Assembly (NCBI GenBank): GCA_964035545.1
Contig: OZ037771.1
Span: forward strand, 14,941,133 to 15,005,132
DNA length: 64,000 nt
Direction of reading: 5' to 3'
Source: Bugula neritina
Lineage: Eukaryota; Animalia; Bryozoa
This document shows, in pieces, positions 38,075 to 51,756 of this stretch (position 1 is the first letter of the stretch; each line of letters opens with the position of its first letter). Position numbers and translations under genes: made by a program. The notes below the pieces were generated by a model. That model ran no database searches. It saw only the letters and a program-made list of their open reading frames with translations, and had not been told where the DNA came from.

Positions 38075-38637
38075 CTAGGCCCCCACTTGGGTTCACTGAC
38101 TTCCCTGCTACAGACCAAGACCCTGCATGTTTGTAGATTCTTTAGAATTTCCCCAGCTGCATGTATTTGATATTGAAGACAGCCTTCCAAGGTCAAGTGT
38201 AGGCAGATGTGAGAAGCTGTGCTAACCGTACACGGTCTGTGTGAATGACTTTTTTAAGATTGTGATTTATGTAGTAGTTCATTTGTTTTTAGTAAATAGG
38301 ATATTGTTTGCTATAACAGCACAACCTATTTCCTTTTTGTGAATGTTTTGCTATAAGCTCTCCATTTTCTTTAAACATTTTAATTTCAGCTTCATCAATT
38401 GTAAGCAGTACAACCTGCACTGGCACATCAATGGCCTGTGGTCTTAATCTTGCGGGTCTGAGGATCAGACATAGCTTTGAAGAATGTGGTCCACTACTTG
38501 AAATGCTACGTAGAGGAGGATCAAGAGGGGGTCATAGAGGAGGATCTAGAGGGGGTCGTAGAAGAGTGTTTAAAGGAGGTCATAGAAAAAACAGAGGCTG
38601 TGGTAAAGGTAGAAGAAGGAGATGTAGGCTAGGATAA
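38075..38637 (+). pseudogene. Divergent paralogue B1 of the secreted family (exon-4 remnant plus intact last exon)
   Basis: Phase-1 acceptor ttaatttcag then exon 38390-38637: SSIVSSTTCTGTSMACGLNLAGLRIRHSFEECG...RRGGSRGG...RGCGKGRRRRCRLG*, which aligns with A exon 5 in Cys spacing, GxRI, FxxC and C-x7-C. Upstream 38075-38191 resembles exon 4 (VCRFFRISPA/VFDIED) but is frameshifted. No convincing 5' exons found. Confidence 0.62.
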
Positions 38638-38921
38638 ACTTTATAACTTTCTTAAATGCTTAGATTATATCACAGAGAGAAATATTAGTGTTAGAGTGAA
38701 CATTAGCTGGCAACTAAAACCTCTCATTTTTTGGCTCCTAAATTGACCAACAGTGAATAGAAATTAGTGTCAGGTACTGTTCACAGTGAATAGTATTGTG
38801 GTAAAATTGTGTATAGTAACTAATGCTTGTATTCCCCTTACTATTATTATCTTCATTCCCATGGAATGCGTGTTTTCTTAGATATACATCATTACATAGC
38901 CATAGTATTGTAACAGCTAAG

Positions 38922-39491
38922 TGTTATGTTGGCAATGATAGGATTAGCTATTATTCCCAGCTACTTATTACTACCGACGTGACTGGATTAGCTATTGTTT
39001 CTGACGGCTCACAGGAACACTTATATAATCAAGATAATCGGGATTTCCCTGCGAAGTTCGCTCGATTCGAGCGATTCCTTTATTCTAGCCCTGCGAATCC
39101 CCTGCGATTCGAGCGAATTCCCTCGAATTCGCTCGGAACATTCTGGTGGGAATGTTTCCCAACGTATAAAAGGAGGCCCTCAACACAGTAGAGTCAGTCT
39201 TCAGCCAGCAGCACAACAGGACACATCTCGGAGCTACCAAGCCAGGACAATAACACACTTAGTTAATTATCTTATACTTTGTTTACCAGTTTACTAGTAA
39301 GTTTTCCATACATGTAAGGAGTTGTCCTCCCTAACTGCTATTTTTGGATTTATATATATTATGGAGTAAATAAAGGGGATTGTGAGTATTACATTTCTTA
39401 TTTATTGTGCATAAATACCCTCCTACAAAGAGTCACTGTGTTCAATCAGCTAACAACCCACACCAATAATTGCATGCAGCGAATCATAACA
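38922..39491 (+). mobile_element. Solo-LTR-like element (570 bp)
   Basis: TGTTATG...CATAACA inverted termini, TATAAAAGG at ~39165, AATAAA at ~39369, CpG-rich U3-like repeats. No clean TSD seen. Confidence 0.55.
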
Positions 39492-39584
39492 TTCTACGCA
39501 TAAAATTATTACAGTATGTTAGATCAATGTTGATATAAAGAGTTGTGAAGTTGATTCTTTGTATTATTACAATGAGCCAAGTTA

Positions 39585-39832
39585 TGTTCAATGGTGATCT
39601 TATATATGTTCAATAGTGATCTTGTTTATTTTCAATAGTGATCTTATATATGTTCAATATTGATATTATATATGTTTAATAGTGATCTTATTTATTTTCA
39701 ATAGTGATCTTATATATGTTTAATGGTGAGCTTATATATATTCAATGATGATCTTATTTATGTTCAATGGTGATCTTAGTTATGCTCAATGCTTTACTAA
39801 GTTATATTCAATGCTGAACTTATAAATGTTCC
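39585..39832. repeat. 22-bp minisatellite, about 11 degenerate copies
   Basis: Unit ATGTTCAATRGTGATCTTATAT. Confidence 0.9.
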
Positions 39833-42356
39833 ATGCTGCTCTAATGTTTGTTGGAAATAAGCTTCTGCAAAAATTATTACCGATCATTCTGAACTAACTT
39901 GTTATAACTTCTAACCAGTATGAAAGTATGGTAATGTGGAGTTTATTGTATATGATAGTTAAATATAAGAAATGCAAAAAAGATTACTTCTAATGATTAA
40001 AACAAGATGAAAACATAAAATAAACATTTGCAGAATTTTTCTACGACTGTAAATTCAGTTAACTTTTCTCAATATTAGCAGAACCTGCTAAGACCGTAGT
40101 GTGTGTCATTACATTCTTGCTCTGTAGTGTAGCGATAACCAAGCAGTTGTGGTGTGTAATGGTTAGCACACCTGTGTGCAAGTCCGAGGTCTGTGATAGG
40201 AAACCAAGTACCGGGAGGGGAGAGAAGTCTTATAACTAATTCTAGCGGTTAGTAAAGTGTGGTAGTACTCCGAGAGTAGTTGAGTGGCCAGGGGAGCCTG
40301 AAGAAGTAGGATAAAAAGGGCAGCTGAGTTCTTGAGAAGTGGGTGAGGTGCCATGTCGAGAGCACCCAGTAACACTTGTAATGTAGTGGTGAGTGCGTCT
40401 GCTTGCAGGCTGAAGGTCTCAGTATGATTTGAAGTTCTGTGGCGGTCAACTTCTTTTTTTTGCTCCTATTCAGCATCTTTAAGTGCATGTTCTTGAAAAA
40501 TGTTATGGGATCTACAACAAAAGATAAAAGTTGTGTAATATTTAAACTGTATTAGTATGAACAGTAAAAATGTGGTTAAGATATACAATCACAAGCAGCG
40601 TAAATAAATTAAGTTCAACTTTGTAGAAGCTGAAGTCTAAGGCTAAAACTAATAGTATCAATAACACTAGCTATGAATTTCTCAGCATATTTTTAACGCC
40701 ATCATACCAATTGCTTGATGCTGAATAACTGTACAGGCTTTGGCAAACTTATGATCATTATGTTGCGTAGTGTTTGGGTTAGTTTGAGCTTATCAAAATT
40801 TACTAACAGTTTTGGCCATCATTTTATTTTACTTCTTTCTTAATTACAAATGCAAGAGCTGTTGGGCATAATTAGTTTAATTAATAGAAGTTTCTCTGCA
40901 TTAAAAATATCTCAAAATGTCAGAGAATCACAATTTAGGCTAGAGTCAGCATTTTATATGGACCCCTCATATTGAGATTACAGATAAGGTTCAATATGTC
41001 TATAAACTGATATAAACAAATAAAGTACTACCAAAAAAAATATTGCTACTTAAACATGTTTTTATATTTAATTGTGCTGTGCAAAGATAAATAAAAACAT
41101 AAACTGGTGGTACGGAAGTTTATAATTTTTTTTTTTTGTTACCGACTTTGCCAACTCACCACTAATACTGGCATTTTGGTACTTAGCTATAAAGTATAAA
41201 ACAAGAAGCTAGCTTGGCAGCTGCTTAAGGCCGGTAACTACTTGTAGGCTGCTAAACTGCATTATTAACAATGCTTCTACAATGGGGGGGAATTAAAATT
41301 AGTGAATTTAGCACAAATTGCTAGAAGGTGAAGTGGAAATAAAACGCTAAATTTTTTGGAAATAGATGGTTACAAGAAAACTCGCATCAAATTGATATAG
41401 GGATAGAGTAGTTTGGGAAATATCAGTCAATGCGGTTTTTTAAAAGTTATAGTTGCACAAATTCATATATCTGTCTACAGCAATAGTCATACTGTCATTG
41501 TGATATCAAATGACAATGTTGAGCAAATGATTGAGCTTACCCTTTGGCTTTGCTGCAATCAGCAATGACAATATCAGTTCCAAACTCTGAAAGAAAGTGA
41601 TCATCTTCTATCTCTACGAGGTAACTGCAACTTTTACCCATGTGATGAAATGATTCAATGTCTTCCATGTTGTGAGGTTGTTTGAAAGCACAAATTCACT
41701 GAATCTCAAAGCACAACCTCTTAGTCTGAGCTTCTGGTGTTTACTATGCCGGCAGAATATTTCTTCTGTCAATAGACCTGACTGAAAACTATGTGCTGTT
41801 ATGTAATAACCTTTGCTTTGCTCTGTCACTGCTTGGTAAGCCAGTTTCTCACCTTTGAATTACAATTTAAATACTTCTTTACTATAGCTCTGTTATGCAA
41901 CATTTTCTTTTGTTCCACCAGATAGCTTACACAACTTACTTAGGCTTTTGAAGTGGTTCACCTGATCTACAATTGACTATTCAGTGGCTTGTTTTATTAT
42001 TAATTTTAGGCTTCTTGTTGGAAACACATTTGTATGTTGGAATTTATTGGTGCATCTCCCTGATCTCTCTTTTACACACATTTTAAATTAGTTGGCTTTC
42101 CTTTCCATGAATAGAATTGACTAGTGAAGCCTAAACTGCCCATGCAAGAGATATGTGCAGTTGAAATTTTTTTGTTAATAAATTCAACTGCAGCCTTAGT
42201 TTTTGATAAACAGAGTGGGGCAATGTTTAACAAGTAACAAGCTATTTGAAAATATCTTAGGTTCATAGACATTGTGAAGTCATGAACACTAGGTTAAAGG
42301 AGTTCCATCCCACTTATATGCTTCTCAGTAAGGTTGTATTTTTTATTTTGATACAA

Positions 42357-42361
<5 letters not shown>

Positions 42362-42423
<62 letters not shown>
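42362..42423. repeat. (TA)n microsatellite
   Basis: Directly visible. Confidence 0.95.
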
Positions 42424-42428
<5 letters not shown>

Positions 42429-43157
42429 ATATAACTTTCATATCAATTGCTAAACATGAAATAACCATTATTATGATATCTTTGTAATAATATTCAAATT
42501 TTCCCAAATTTGTGCGGAAATAAAAAAAAATTAAATGCATTAATAATAAACATTTTTTCAAAAAAACAAAAAGTGTAGAAAATGCAAAATTAATAGGTTT
42601 ATGCAGATTAAAGAAATTTATTTGTGCACCAATTATAAAGAGCAATTGACTTAAATTTATTTAAATATACATATATTTCAATGTATAAATGGCAGCTAGC
42701 TGGGAAGCACTATTTGAATTGACCCAAAGGTAGGATTCAACTTGAGTGTTTACTCTATCCTAGCTTCCTATAAAGCTTTGTGATCATCATTAGTGCACAT
42801 GTGAAGGAATAATGTTGTTAGGTAAACAACTGCCAATAGTTCCATAATTATTATGTAAATAAAATTTTGTTTGAACATATTTAGTGGTAGCATTGATCTC
42901 ATTTTCTGCTCCCATCAACCACCGGTTAGCTTCATTCAGATCTAGTGATGATGATTACATAATAATGGTGAAAAGTAGTGGTGACTGAACAACTAAGTGG
43001 TTTCAGAGCTACAACCAAATATTGTTCAGCTTACACTAATCGGATTAATTTTCAATTTCATCAAAATAAGTGCAGGTCTAACAACTATTAGAGGTGTGGT
43101 GCAGGCTATACTGACAATAAAAGGCTCTTTGAACGACTTTAGTGCATGCTCTGCACT

Positions 43158-43330
<173 letters not shown>

Positions 43331-43955
43331 CATATATATATATATATATGTATTATACATTTGGTAATAATGGTAATATGTTCATTTAGAATTATATAAT
43401 GCTTATACTAAAGCCACACACTATATATGCATGCTCTGATTCTTGTTCTATATTTTTAGAATAGTGAACTATGACTATAATTCATCCAGTGATTTCCTTT
43501 AATCTTACAACAAGTCAATCCATATCCTGTTAGCAAAAAAGTTCAAGGTATTCAAAATTCATAAAATATTTCTTAGATATTTCATGAATAAATAATCGCA
43601 TAGTTGATTATATCTTAACCATGTTATATGTCTTGATCAAAGAAGTTGAAATTGAAAACCTTTTCTTAGATAATGTTTTTTACTTTAACAATAAAGCATG
43701 GAATTATTGCTATATTGAATTCTGCATGAGCATAAAATTAAGCTATATTGATAAAGCTATTTTTAGCTGGGGCCAAAAAATGTTATCTTGCACTAATATT
43801 AAAATATTTCATAATTTAATTACTAATCAGATTTTAATCCGCTGCCATAAATCATTGTAAAACCGGTGATTGCTTTTCACCGATCACCATCTGTATAAAC
43901 GGCAGATTCTCCGTAAGCTGAATCATATTCTTGAGCTTTTCACTCAAAGGAAGAC

Positions 43956-46222
43956 ATGATGAACGGGCTTTTCAGAATTACTTTAGCATGCAGTAAGTTT
44001 TTATTACTTCACATCACATCAGTATAGACTGTCATGATATTATGTACAAATCAAACCATTTTAATAAAATGTTTTAATATAATTTAGTCCATAATTTTTC
44101 GAATTATATTTTTATATAGACTTTGCGAAGGTATGCAACAGTATTTGGGCACAGTTTGTTTTAATACATATTTTTCTTTAATTTTCGAAAAATATTTTTA
44201 TTTCCAAAACCTAACTTTGATAACACATAATTTTCTGTTCGAACAAAAATAATTATTTTGGCTGCAGTATAGGCTAACTATCTCAAACTTTGTTTAATTA
44301 TCTGCATTGGTTTGTAGATACTCAAAATGAAAAAAAACTGTATTTTAATAAAACTCTTTGTATATCAATATATTCAACTTATATCTTGAATGATCCTCAA
44401 ATATCAAACTACTATTCTGATTTTTTTAAGGTGTCCTACTGGCCATGGTGTTGGTCCAAGATATAGAGGGAGCCAGTAAGTAAATATAAATTTAAAGTTT
44501 TTATTAGATTAAAAATACTACAATTTTAAAGTATTCCATATTATTTTACAAAATCATAACGCGTAAATAATTACATGAATAATTAATTTCATACTCAACT
44601 GCACATATTGTATGCACTATATTTACACTATTTGGTAGTTTAATTGTACACCTGCTTTCTTATAACAATGGTATGTTTATTGTGCACTATCTTGCATTTA
44701 CTTTAATTTTAAATGATTTTAAACTAATGAAATATAATATATAGATCAATTCAAGCTCTGACTACATGCGTTACAGTTCTATATAGTATTATTTTCATTT
44801 TCAATAGAAATAGTATATATGACAGCTATTCGGAGAAAAATATAACTTTGTTTTAATAACGTTTAGATCCTAATTTTAATTACCTTCTCTAAAAATATGT
44901 TAGTGAAACGTAACAGGTTTTAGAATACAATAACTTGTCTGCTAACATTTTGATAAAATATCTTACTTTTTGCTGCAGTTGATACTTGCCTTAAAGCGCA
45001 ATCCTGCATCAGCCTTTCTAACCAAGGATGTAACAATGGAAGAAAAAAGATCTGCGTAGTGAGAAGGACTACGTGTCGCATAACCAGCTCAAACACAAGA
45101 GTTTGTGCTCCGGGAGGTAATATCGCTATTCTCTCATAACAATTGTTTTTTCCTTTCTTCAAATGTTAAATATATATATAATGTTTGTAGAGAAGAAGAT
45201 ATGAGGTGTAATAATATAGTGCATGTCAAAACTTACTTATGCTATCGCATTATAGTTATTCATTACAAAAAACTAGATGCTACTAGCTCTGCACGAAGCT
45301 GTATGATACTTGCATTATTTATTTTTCCATTTACTAAACAAATTAATTAAAAAGCAAGCACTAAGCAGTTTTACATCCATGTGTTCCATTAAAAAGTTTG
45401 ACTTTAGTGTTTTATAAGCCTTTTAGTCCTTACTTAGACAAACTATAAAGACGGTTTTTATATATTTTATTTATTAATCTTAAAAATCGTCTAGCTCAAA
45501 AACGTGATTAAAGTTACTGAAACTCAAACAATAACAATTACTTTTTGAAATCTCACAATAGAACTTGTGTAGAGTTAAAAAGGATATTTTAAAAATTATG
45601 CGGAAGCAGCATTTTGCATATTTAGTCATTTTGTTGTAGCCACGCCTGCAATTAGCCTGGCAGCATTTTCAGCCCTGGTACTACTGTTTGTGGGGACTTT
45701 ACATCTTCTCCAGCTGTATTTGCTATTTCCGATCCAATGACAATGATGACCCCTACACTAAGCATAACACCTGCACCATGTATGTACCTAGATAACTTAT
45801 TAGTCATCATAACATTCCCCTGTACACAAAGTTACTTTAAAATATCGAGTTTGAACTCATTTTTGTAAATAATCATCTAACTTGTGAGTTCCTTGTTTGT
45901 TGCAGTTGTTGCGATACCTTTTCCATCTCCGGCAACCTGCGCACTAATGCCTGGAGCCTGCGGTCTACCTCACACAGGTGTGAGGATCACATATCCATTT
46001 ACCCCATGTACCACCCCTGCCCCGACTACTGTTGCACCAGTTACAGCCAACCCAATTCCTCAATTCCCACTATTCCCTCAAATCATTGGTGGTGGAGGTA
46101 GAAGAGGCATATTTGGCAGAGGGCGTAGGAGAGGAAGAGGAGGACGTAGAGGTAGATTCGGCAGACGTGGACGTGGACGTGGTCGTTGCACTAGATTCAA
46201 TAGAAGAGCGTGCTTCGGTTAA
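43956..46222 (+). CDS. Secreted Cys-rich modular protein, copy A2 (1-nt frameshift in exon 4)
   Basis: Exons 43956-43992, 44431-44475, 44979-45116, 45640-45779, 45906-46222. TATA at 43894, AATAAA at 46438. Exon 4 lacks 1 nt at ~45675, giving TGA at 45738-45740; exon 5 frame intact. Confidence 0.8.
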
Positions 46223-47067
46223 TAACCTCATACCTAAACCTCTAAAACATTGGGCTACACTTTGGACGTTATAAAAAGTTTTGTTTTCTTTGTATAATTT
46301 GTTTAGTATATATTATGTTTTTAAAAACCTTTCTATAAAAATTCTTATAAATATTGTAGGAATACAGATTTTGAGATGATGTTTCTAATTAGGCTTTTGG
46401 TACAATATTGTTGAGAGTTTATTCATGAAAGTACTTTAATAAAGCTGCACTTATTTCATTTAATTTGATTTTGTTTTGTGACATAACTATAGTATCACAC
46501 TATTTCCAGTTTCAACTAAAATAAATAACAGCAATTCTATTTATTTTGCTTAATAAATGGATAAACTTCTATTTCGGTCAAAAGACCTTTTTGAATGATA
46601 CGGCAATACCACTTGAATTTGTAAAATATCTTTCGTAAACTTTAAAAATTGATCGGTGTATTGCTATATTTTAATATATTCAACTATTATATGAAATAGA
46701 AGTATAGCATTTTTAACAATTATGAATTGAGTCCTGTTATACATTAGAAGTCTTAGAAAGCCTGCAAAAAATTATTTAACCACAATTATGATGATGTATA
46801 GAAGCTAAGTAATATATGAAGCTTCTTTAAATATTATTGTAGTGTAAATCAAAATTGGAAAATAAGAAACTTTCAACTTTTTTTCCATTTTCTGCAAAGC
46901 AAATTTCACTTCAATCTACCATCTCTCATCTAAAGAACCAATGTAAGCATTGATGTGATCTAAATCAAAATGAATAACCCATACAGTGTAAGCTAAAGAT
47001 AATATGTTCAAAATTGAATAAATAAAAAAGTAATATAAATTGTGTAGTTTAAAAGATAAAACATATA

Positions 47068-47396
<329 letters not shown>

Positions 47397-48267
47397 TAGA
47401 GATGAAAACAGGAAAACTTGCAGTATAATATAATATAATTTATAAATCTGGTTTAAACATATTATGTTGACCAATTATTTTGTCTTAAAACTTCTTATCA
47501 TGTAAAAACAGCTTTAATTTGAACCTTTAACTTTTCCTCATGTAAGATGAAGTAACTTTTCGTAAAAGTTACTATATTTAATATTTGCAGTCAGTAAAAA
47601 CATGCAGTAGCTGCTACACTACCTAATTCTATGCATTTCTAAAATTATTTAGAAATTCTAAATGAAAAATCAGATTGAGGTGTGACAACTCCTTGTCAGT
47701 GTCCCGTGGTTAGTGCGTTTAGTGTTGTTAGTACTTAATGTAATGCTATTGCGCAATACCTTGCAACATGTCCATATTTATAGTGAATATATATTTTCAG
47801 CTGTCAAGTTGTAAATAATTATAATCATTGTTTGACATGTGAGTTATCCCAGTTTTTTTAACTTCTTAGAAGTATAATGAATTATTATATTTCATGCCAT
47901 TTATATTTGTATATATGATTTAATCCATCAGAATGTGTCTTTATATAAATCTGTTTACTGAAAGCATAGTAGAAATTTATTGAGGCTTTGAAAGTTAATT
48001 CATCATTTAACTTAATTATAAATTAATACTAAAAACCGGACCTCATTAGGTTATCAAAAATAAGTCGAGTTTCCCAAAAACCGCAAGTGAAAAGTTATTT
48101 CCTGTTTCCCAAGTATAGCAAACGAATAATAATAACGGTTTTGCTATTTTGATTTTAGTGCTGAAGTTGGCACCCCATACTAATGTTGCACCAGGTGGTC
48201 CAGGGTGGTCCAGGTTGGTCCAAATCTATACCCAACAATTTCAGTTGCTTGGTATATAAGTTTTGAT

Positions 48268-48420
48268 GGAGCGCAGCAGTGGTCTAGGGGGTTATAAGGC
48301 ATTGGCCTAGCAAACACAAAACATGGGTTTGATCCCCGACAAAGGCCATTGGTGATGTTAAGAAGAGCATCCAGTGATATTAGCTCCAGCTGTGCCTTAT
48401 ATGAATAAATCCTTTTGCCA
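48268..48420 (+). mobile_element. tRNA-derived SINE copy (most complete 5' end)
   Basis: A-box-like GCAGCAGTGGTCTAG, B-box-like GGTTTGATCC, core GGTGATGTTAAGAAGAGCATCCAGT. Confidence 0.72.
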
Positions 48421-48887
48421 TATTGATAAAAAAACTATTCCATCAGGATCTCTAGAAAAAATATGTTTAATTGCTTCCATAATGCTAAAAAACAGATTGT
48501 TGTTTACTTGTTTGCTTGACTATGAATTTGTCAACGACTTTTGCACTTTTTTTAAAAAAATTATTGGTCCTAAATTAGACACAACACATTGATACTGTTT
48601 TCTTACGTTTTTTAATACACCCAAACTACATTAGATCAATGGAGAGCACAACTCCTTATTTACATGGAGTATCCTGTAAAAAGCTACAAATGTAGCTTTT
48701 CATAAATCAATTGGTCAGATTGGTCAAGCCTGCTCTGCCATTCTGAGATAGAAAATAAATACATTCATTATAGGTTGGTTGGATATACTTCCACAAAAAC
48801 CTGTAACAGTATCTATTATAATTAGTTTATCTTGAGAACTGTATTTAAACAACTCATGCAAGTTTATAGTGAGAAACTCTTGATGGA

Positions 48888-49019
48888 AAAGGCTTCTGTT
48901 AAAGTGGGCTAAAGACTTATTTGAATGAGGCGCAGGAGAAATTATGACTGGATGCTCTCCCTAACATCACCAATGACCTTTGTCTGGGCTCGAACCCATG
49001 ACCTCGTGTTTACTAGGCA
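48888..49019 (-). mobile_element. tRNA-derived SINE copy (duplicate of 34660-34790)
   Basis: Near-identical to the unit-1 copy with the same flanks, so it predates the duplication. Confidence 0.75.
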
Positions 49020-51381
49020 AACACTATTTAGTAGCATAGATTTTATTGGTTGTCACTAAATTATCCTAATTGTAAACATCAATATCTTACAGTCCCAAGA
49101 AAGTACAACTGTTCTATAAGAAGCTTACTTACATACCTAAATACTATAGATATATACTGTAAATACTAAAAATTTGTGAACCTGCAACGGTATTTTAATA
49201 CTATAACGTTGAGTAGTATGACAATATGCAATGCTAAATGTTTTATTCTATGGACAAAATGCTGTAACATAAATGTAAGTGTCAGACTTGGTAAATATTG
49301 AAATATGTTAAGTGTATATTGATAAAACCGTTGTCAGTTGTTTTAAGATAAATCTTGTTGAATCTTTTAGTCGCCGACTTTGTTCTATTTTCAGCTAGTT
49401 TTGTTTATTTATTTTTATAAAGTAATTGCTCAATGTGTTAAACTATCTGGAAATGAAGTTATTGTTGATAGTACTTCAAGTAATCTTTTCTTGCCTGTGT
49501 TATGTAATATTTCAGTATTTGCAGACCGCATGAGTTGAGCTGTGCGTGACCTGGTGCACGCAAAGCTCTGTGAAATGCTTACATACAACGAGATGAGCAA
49601 TGATACAAAATTACTTTCACTCTCTACACGAGGATTCTCACTATTCATACTGATAATGAATATTGTCTGCCAGAAAAAATGTCTAAGATTTCTATGCCTA
49701 ATTTTACTCCAAAATTCACCTAGCTAATTCTAGTCAAATGTGGGTATATAGTGACAACACACCTGAGTCATTTTACTTATTTAGTACACACTCGAAATCT
49801 CCAGTTTTTAGCTGTTTTCTCCAATTTAGCTGGTAATGTATATAGGCTTTTGCCCAAAACTAATAGCATATCAATAAATATAACTAAATAATCAAGGATG
49901 TTTTTAATTTTGCTTAATTTCTCATGATTTGCCCTAATTAGTATTTAGCTAATTTGGATGCGCGACAGTGCGCTTATATGTTTGGCGAATTCCCCCCAGC
50001 TTCTTTTGCTAGATGCATAATTAAGACCAGCACATAAAAATACCACATAATATAGTAAATCTCAATAGATTTTGAGCAAAATTAAATGTTAGGTCATAAT
50101 TTGCTGATGCGTACTAAATGAAGTAGAATGACTCACCTAAAAATTTTGCAGCCAGAATTTGATAATGAAGATGCTATAACTTCATTAATTCCTAAATAGA
50201 TTTATTTTTTATCAGTTCATGCTTTGTTCTGGTCAAATAATAGTTTCTGATATCTAACAATTTTGTTAAATGATATGCTATATATAGTTTTTGAGATTTA
50301 ATTAGTTTATTTGGGCCTTTGCATTTATTATTCAGTTTTATTGTATTTTAATGGTTTCCTGTATTATAAGAGTATAATATTCAATATCATTTATGTTCCT
50401 TTTTACGATATGCAGGCAATGTACAGATGCAGTATAAATTGGGAATAATTAATATGGCTTATCTCTGCATTTGATTTATTGTAACTTACATAGACTGCAT
50501 GAATCTTTTGAGCTCTTTTGAGCTTAGTGTCACGATATGAACCAATGTTTTAATTGCAAAATAACACTCTTATTGGATAGGAAATTCCTGAGTGTGAGAA
50601 TCTAGAATGATTAGACTAATCATTTGCACTTGACAACCACTAAGCAAGAAATTACTTCCTTACTTTTTAAGAGAGCAGTTAAGCATGATTAATGTGTTTT
50701 GGGATAAATTTATTATATTGAAAATTTTCCTGAAACACAATAATCATGCAATATGCAACACGATACAAAGTATTTGTTGCTACGGCAACCTAAATGTATC
50801 CAACTCTATTATTTCATGAAAGTGCAATAAATTTGGCAAGTCAAGATAATTGAAAGCCTTGTAAAAATATTCTAAGATTTTGAAAATTGAAGCATCTAAG
50901 TTTTTTGGGATACACCCGTTAATAATCTGAAGCATTAATTTTTAGAATATTAATATTTTGTTGGTGTTAATGCGAAACAATTTTATGAATTCAGATTAAA
51001 AAGCCACTGGTATATGGAGAATTTATTTTAAATATAATTCTATATAAATATAGTATAAATATATTATATTCATGCGAGCCATTCCCGTGCAAACTACAGT
51101 ATATGCACAAATACCATCTTACAGCACTTGGCAAAGTGTTAATATAGTTATACAGTATGACGGGCCAGTTTTTTAATGATTTTAGTTCTTAAAAAGCTAG
51201 AAAGGAATTCCTACTATATTAAACAGTTTATTTAAGTTTTAATTGGTTGGAGATTATATACTTCCACAAGCTTTCCATATGATTTATTCCTAGAAGGAAT
51301 TTATCACTTAAGGCAAATAAAGCTGTCAAATAATTTTGATTAATGCTACCTTGGCAGCTGCTATTCTTTGTTATGTGAAAT

Positions 51382-51495
<114 letters not shown>

Positions 51496-51756
51496 GATGT
51501 TTTGTTATTTGTTATTTATTCGTCATCTGACAAGTTTAGCAAAAAATTGCAGCATGACGGAACTACCTAAGGTGTTAATTACAAGGCAGCTTCAAACTTC
51601 ACAATTAATTTAGACTGCTTGTGTCTTAGTTTTAAAATAGGAACAAAACTGTATGTTATTATACTTTTTATGTAATTTTTACTACTTTTAGAAGTTATAT
51701 GCAACAGGTATCAATGGCTAATTCTTTTTTCACCTTCAACTGTAATAATGCAATAG

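Larger units (their letters stand above)
29225..38670 (+). repeat. Segmental tandem duplication, unit 1
   Basis: Colinear with 43164-52035 in promoter, exons, introns, SINE and intergenic DNA, apart from unit-specific indels; ATG-to-ATG offset 13,935 bp. Confidence 0.92.

Noticed and set aside
39585-39832. CRISPR-like repeat array
   Set aside because: Head-to-tail 22-bp minisatellite without unique spacers, in a eukaryotic context.
48268-48345. tRNA gene
   Set aside because: No intact cloverleaf; it continues into the SINE core shared with other copies.
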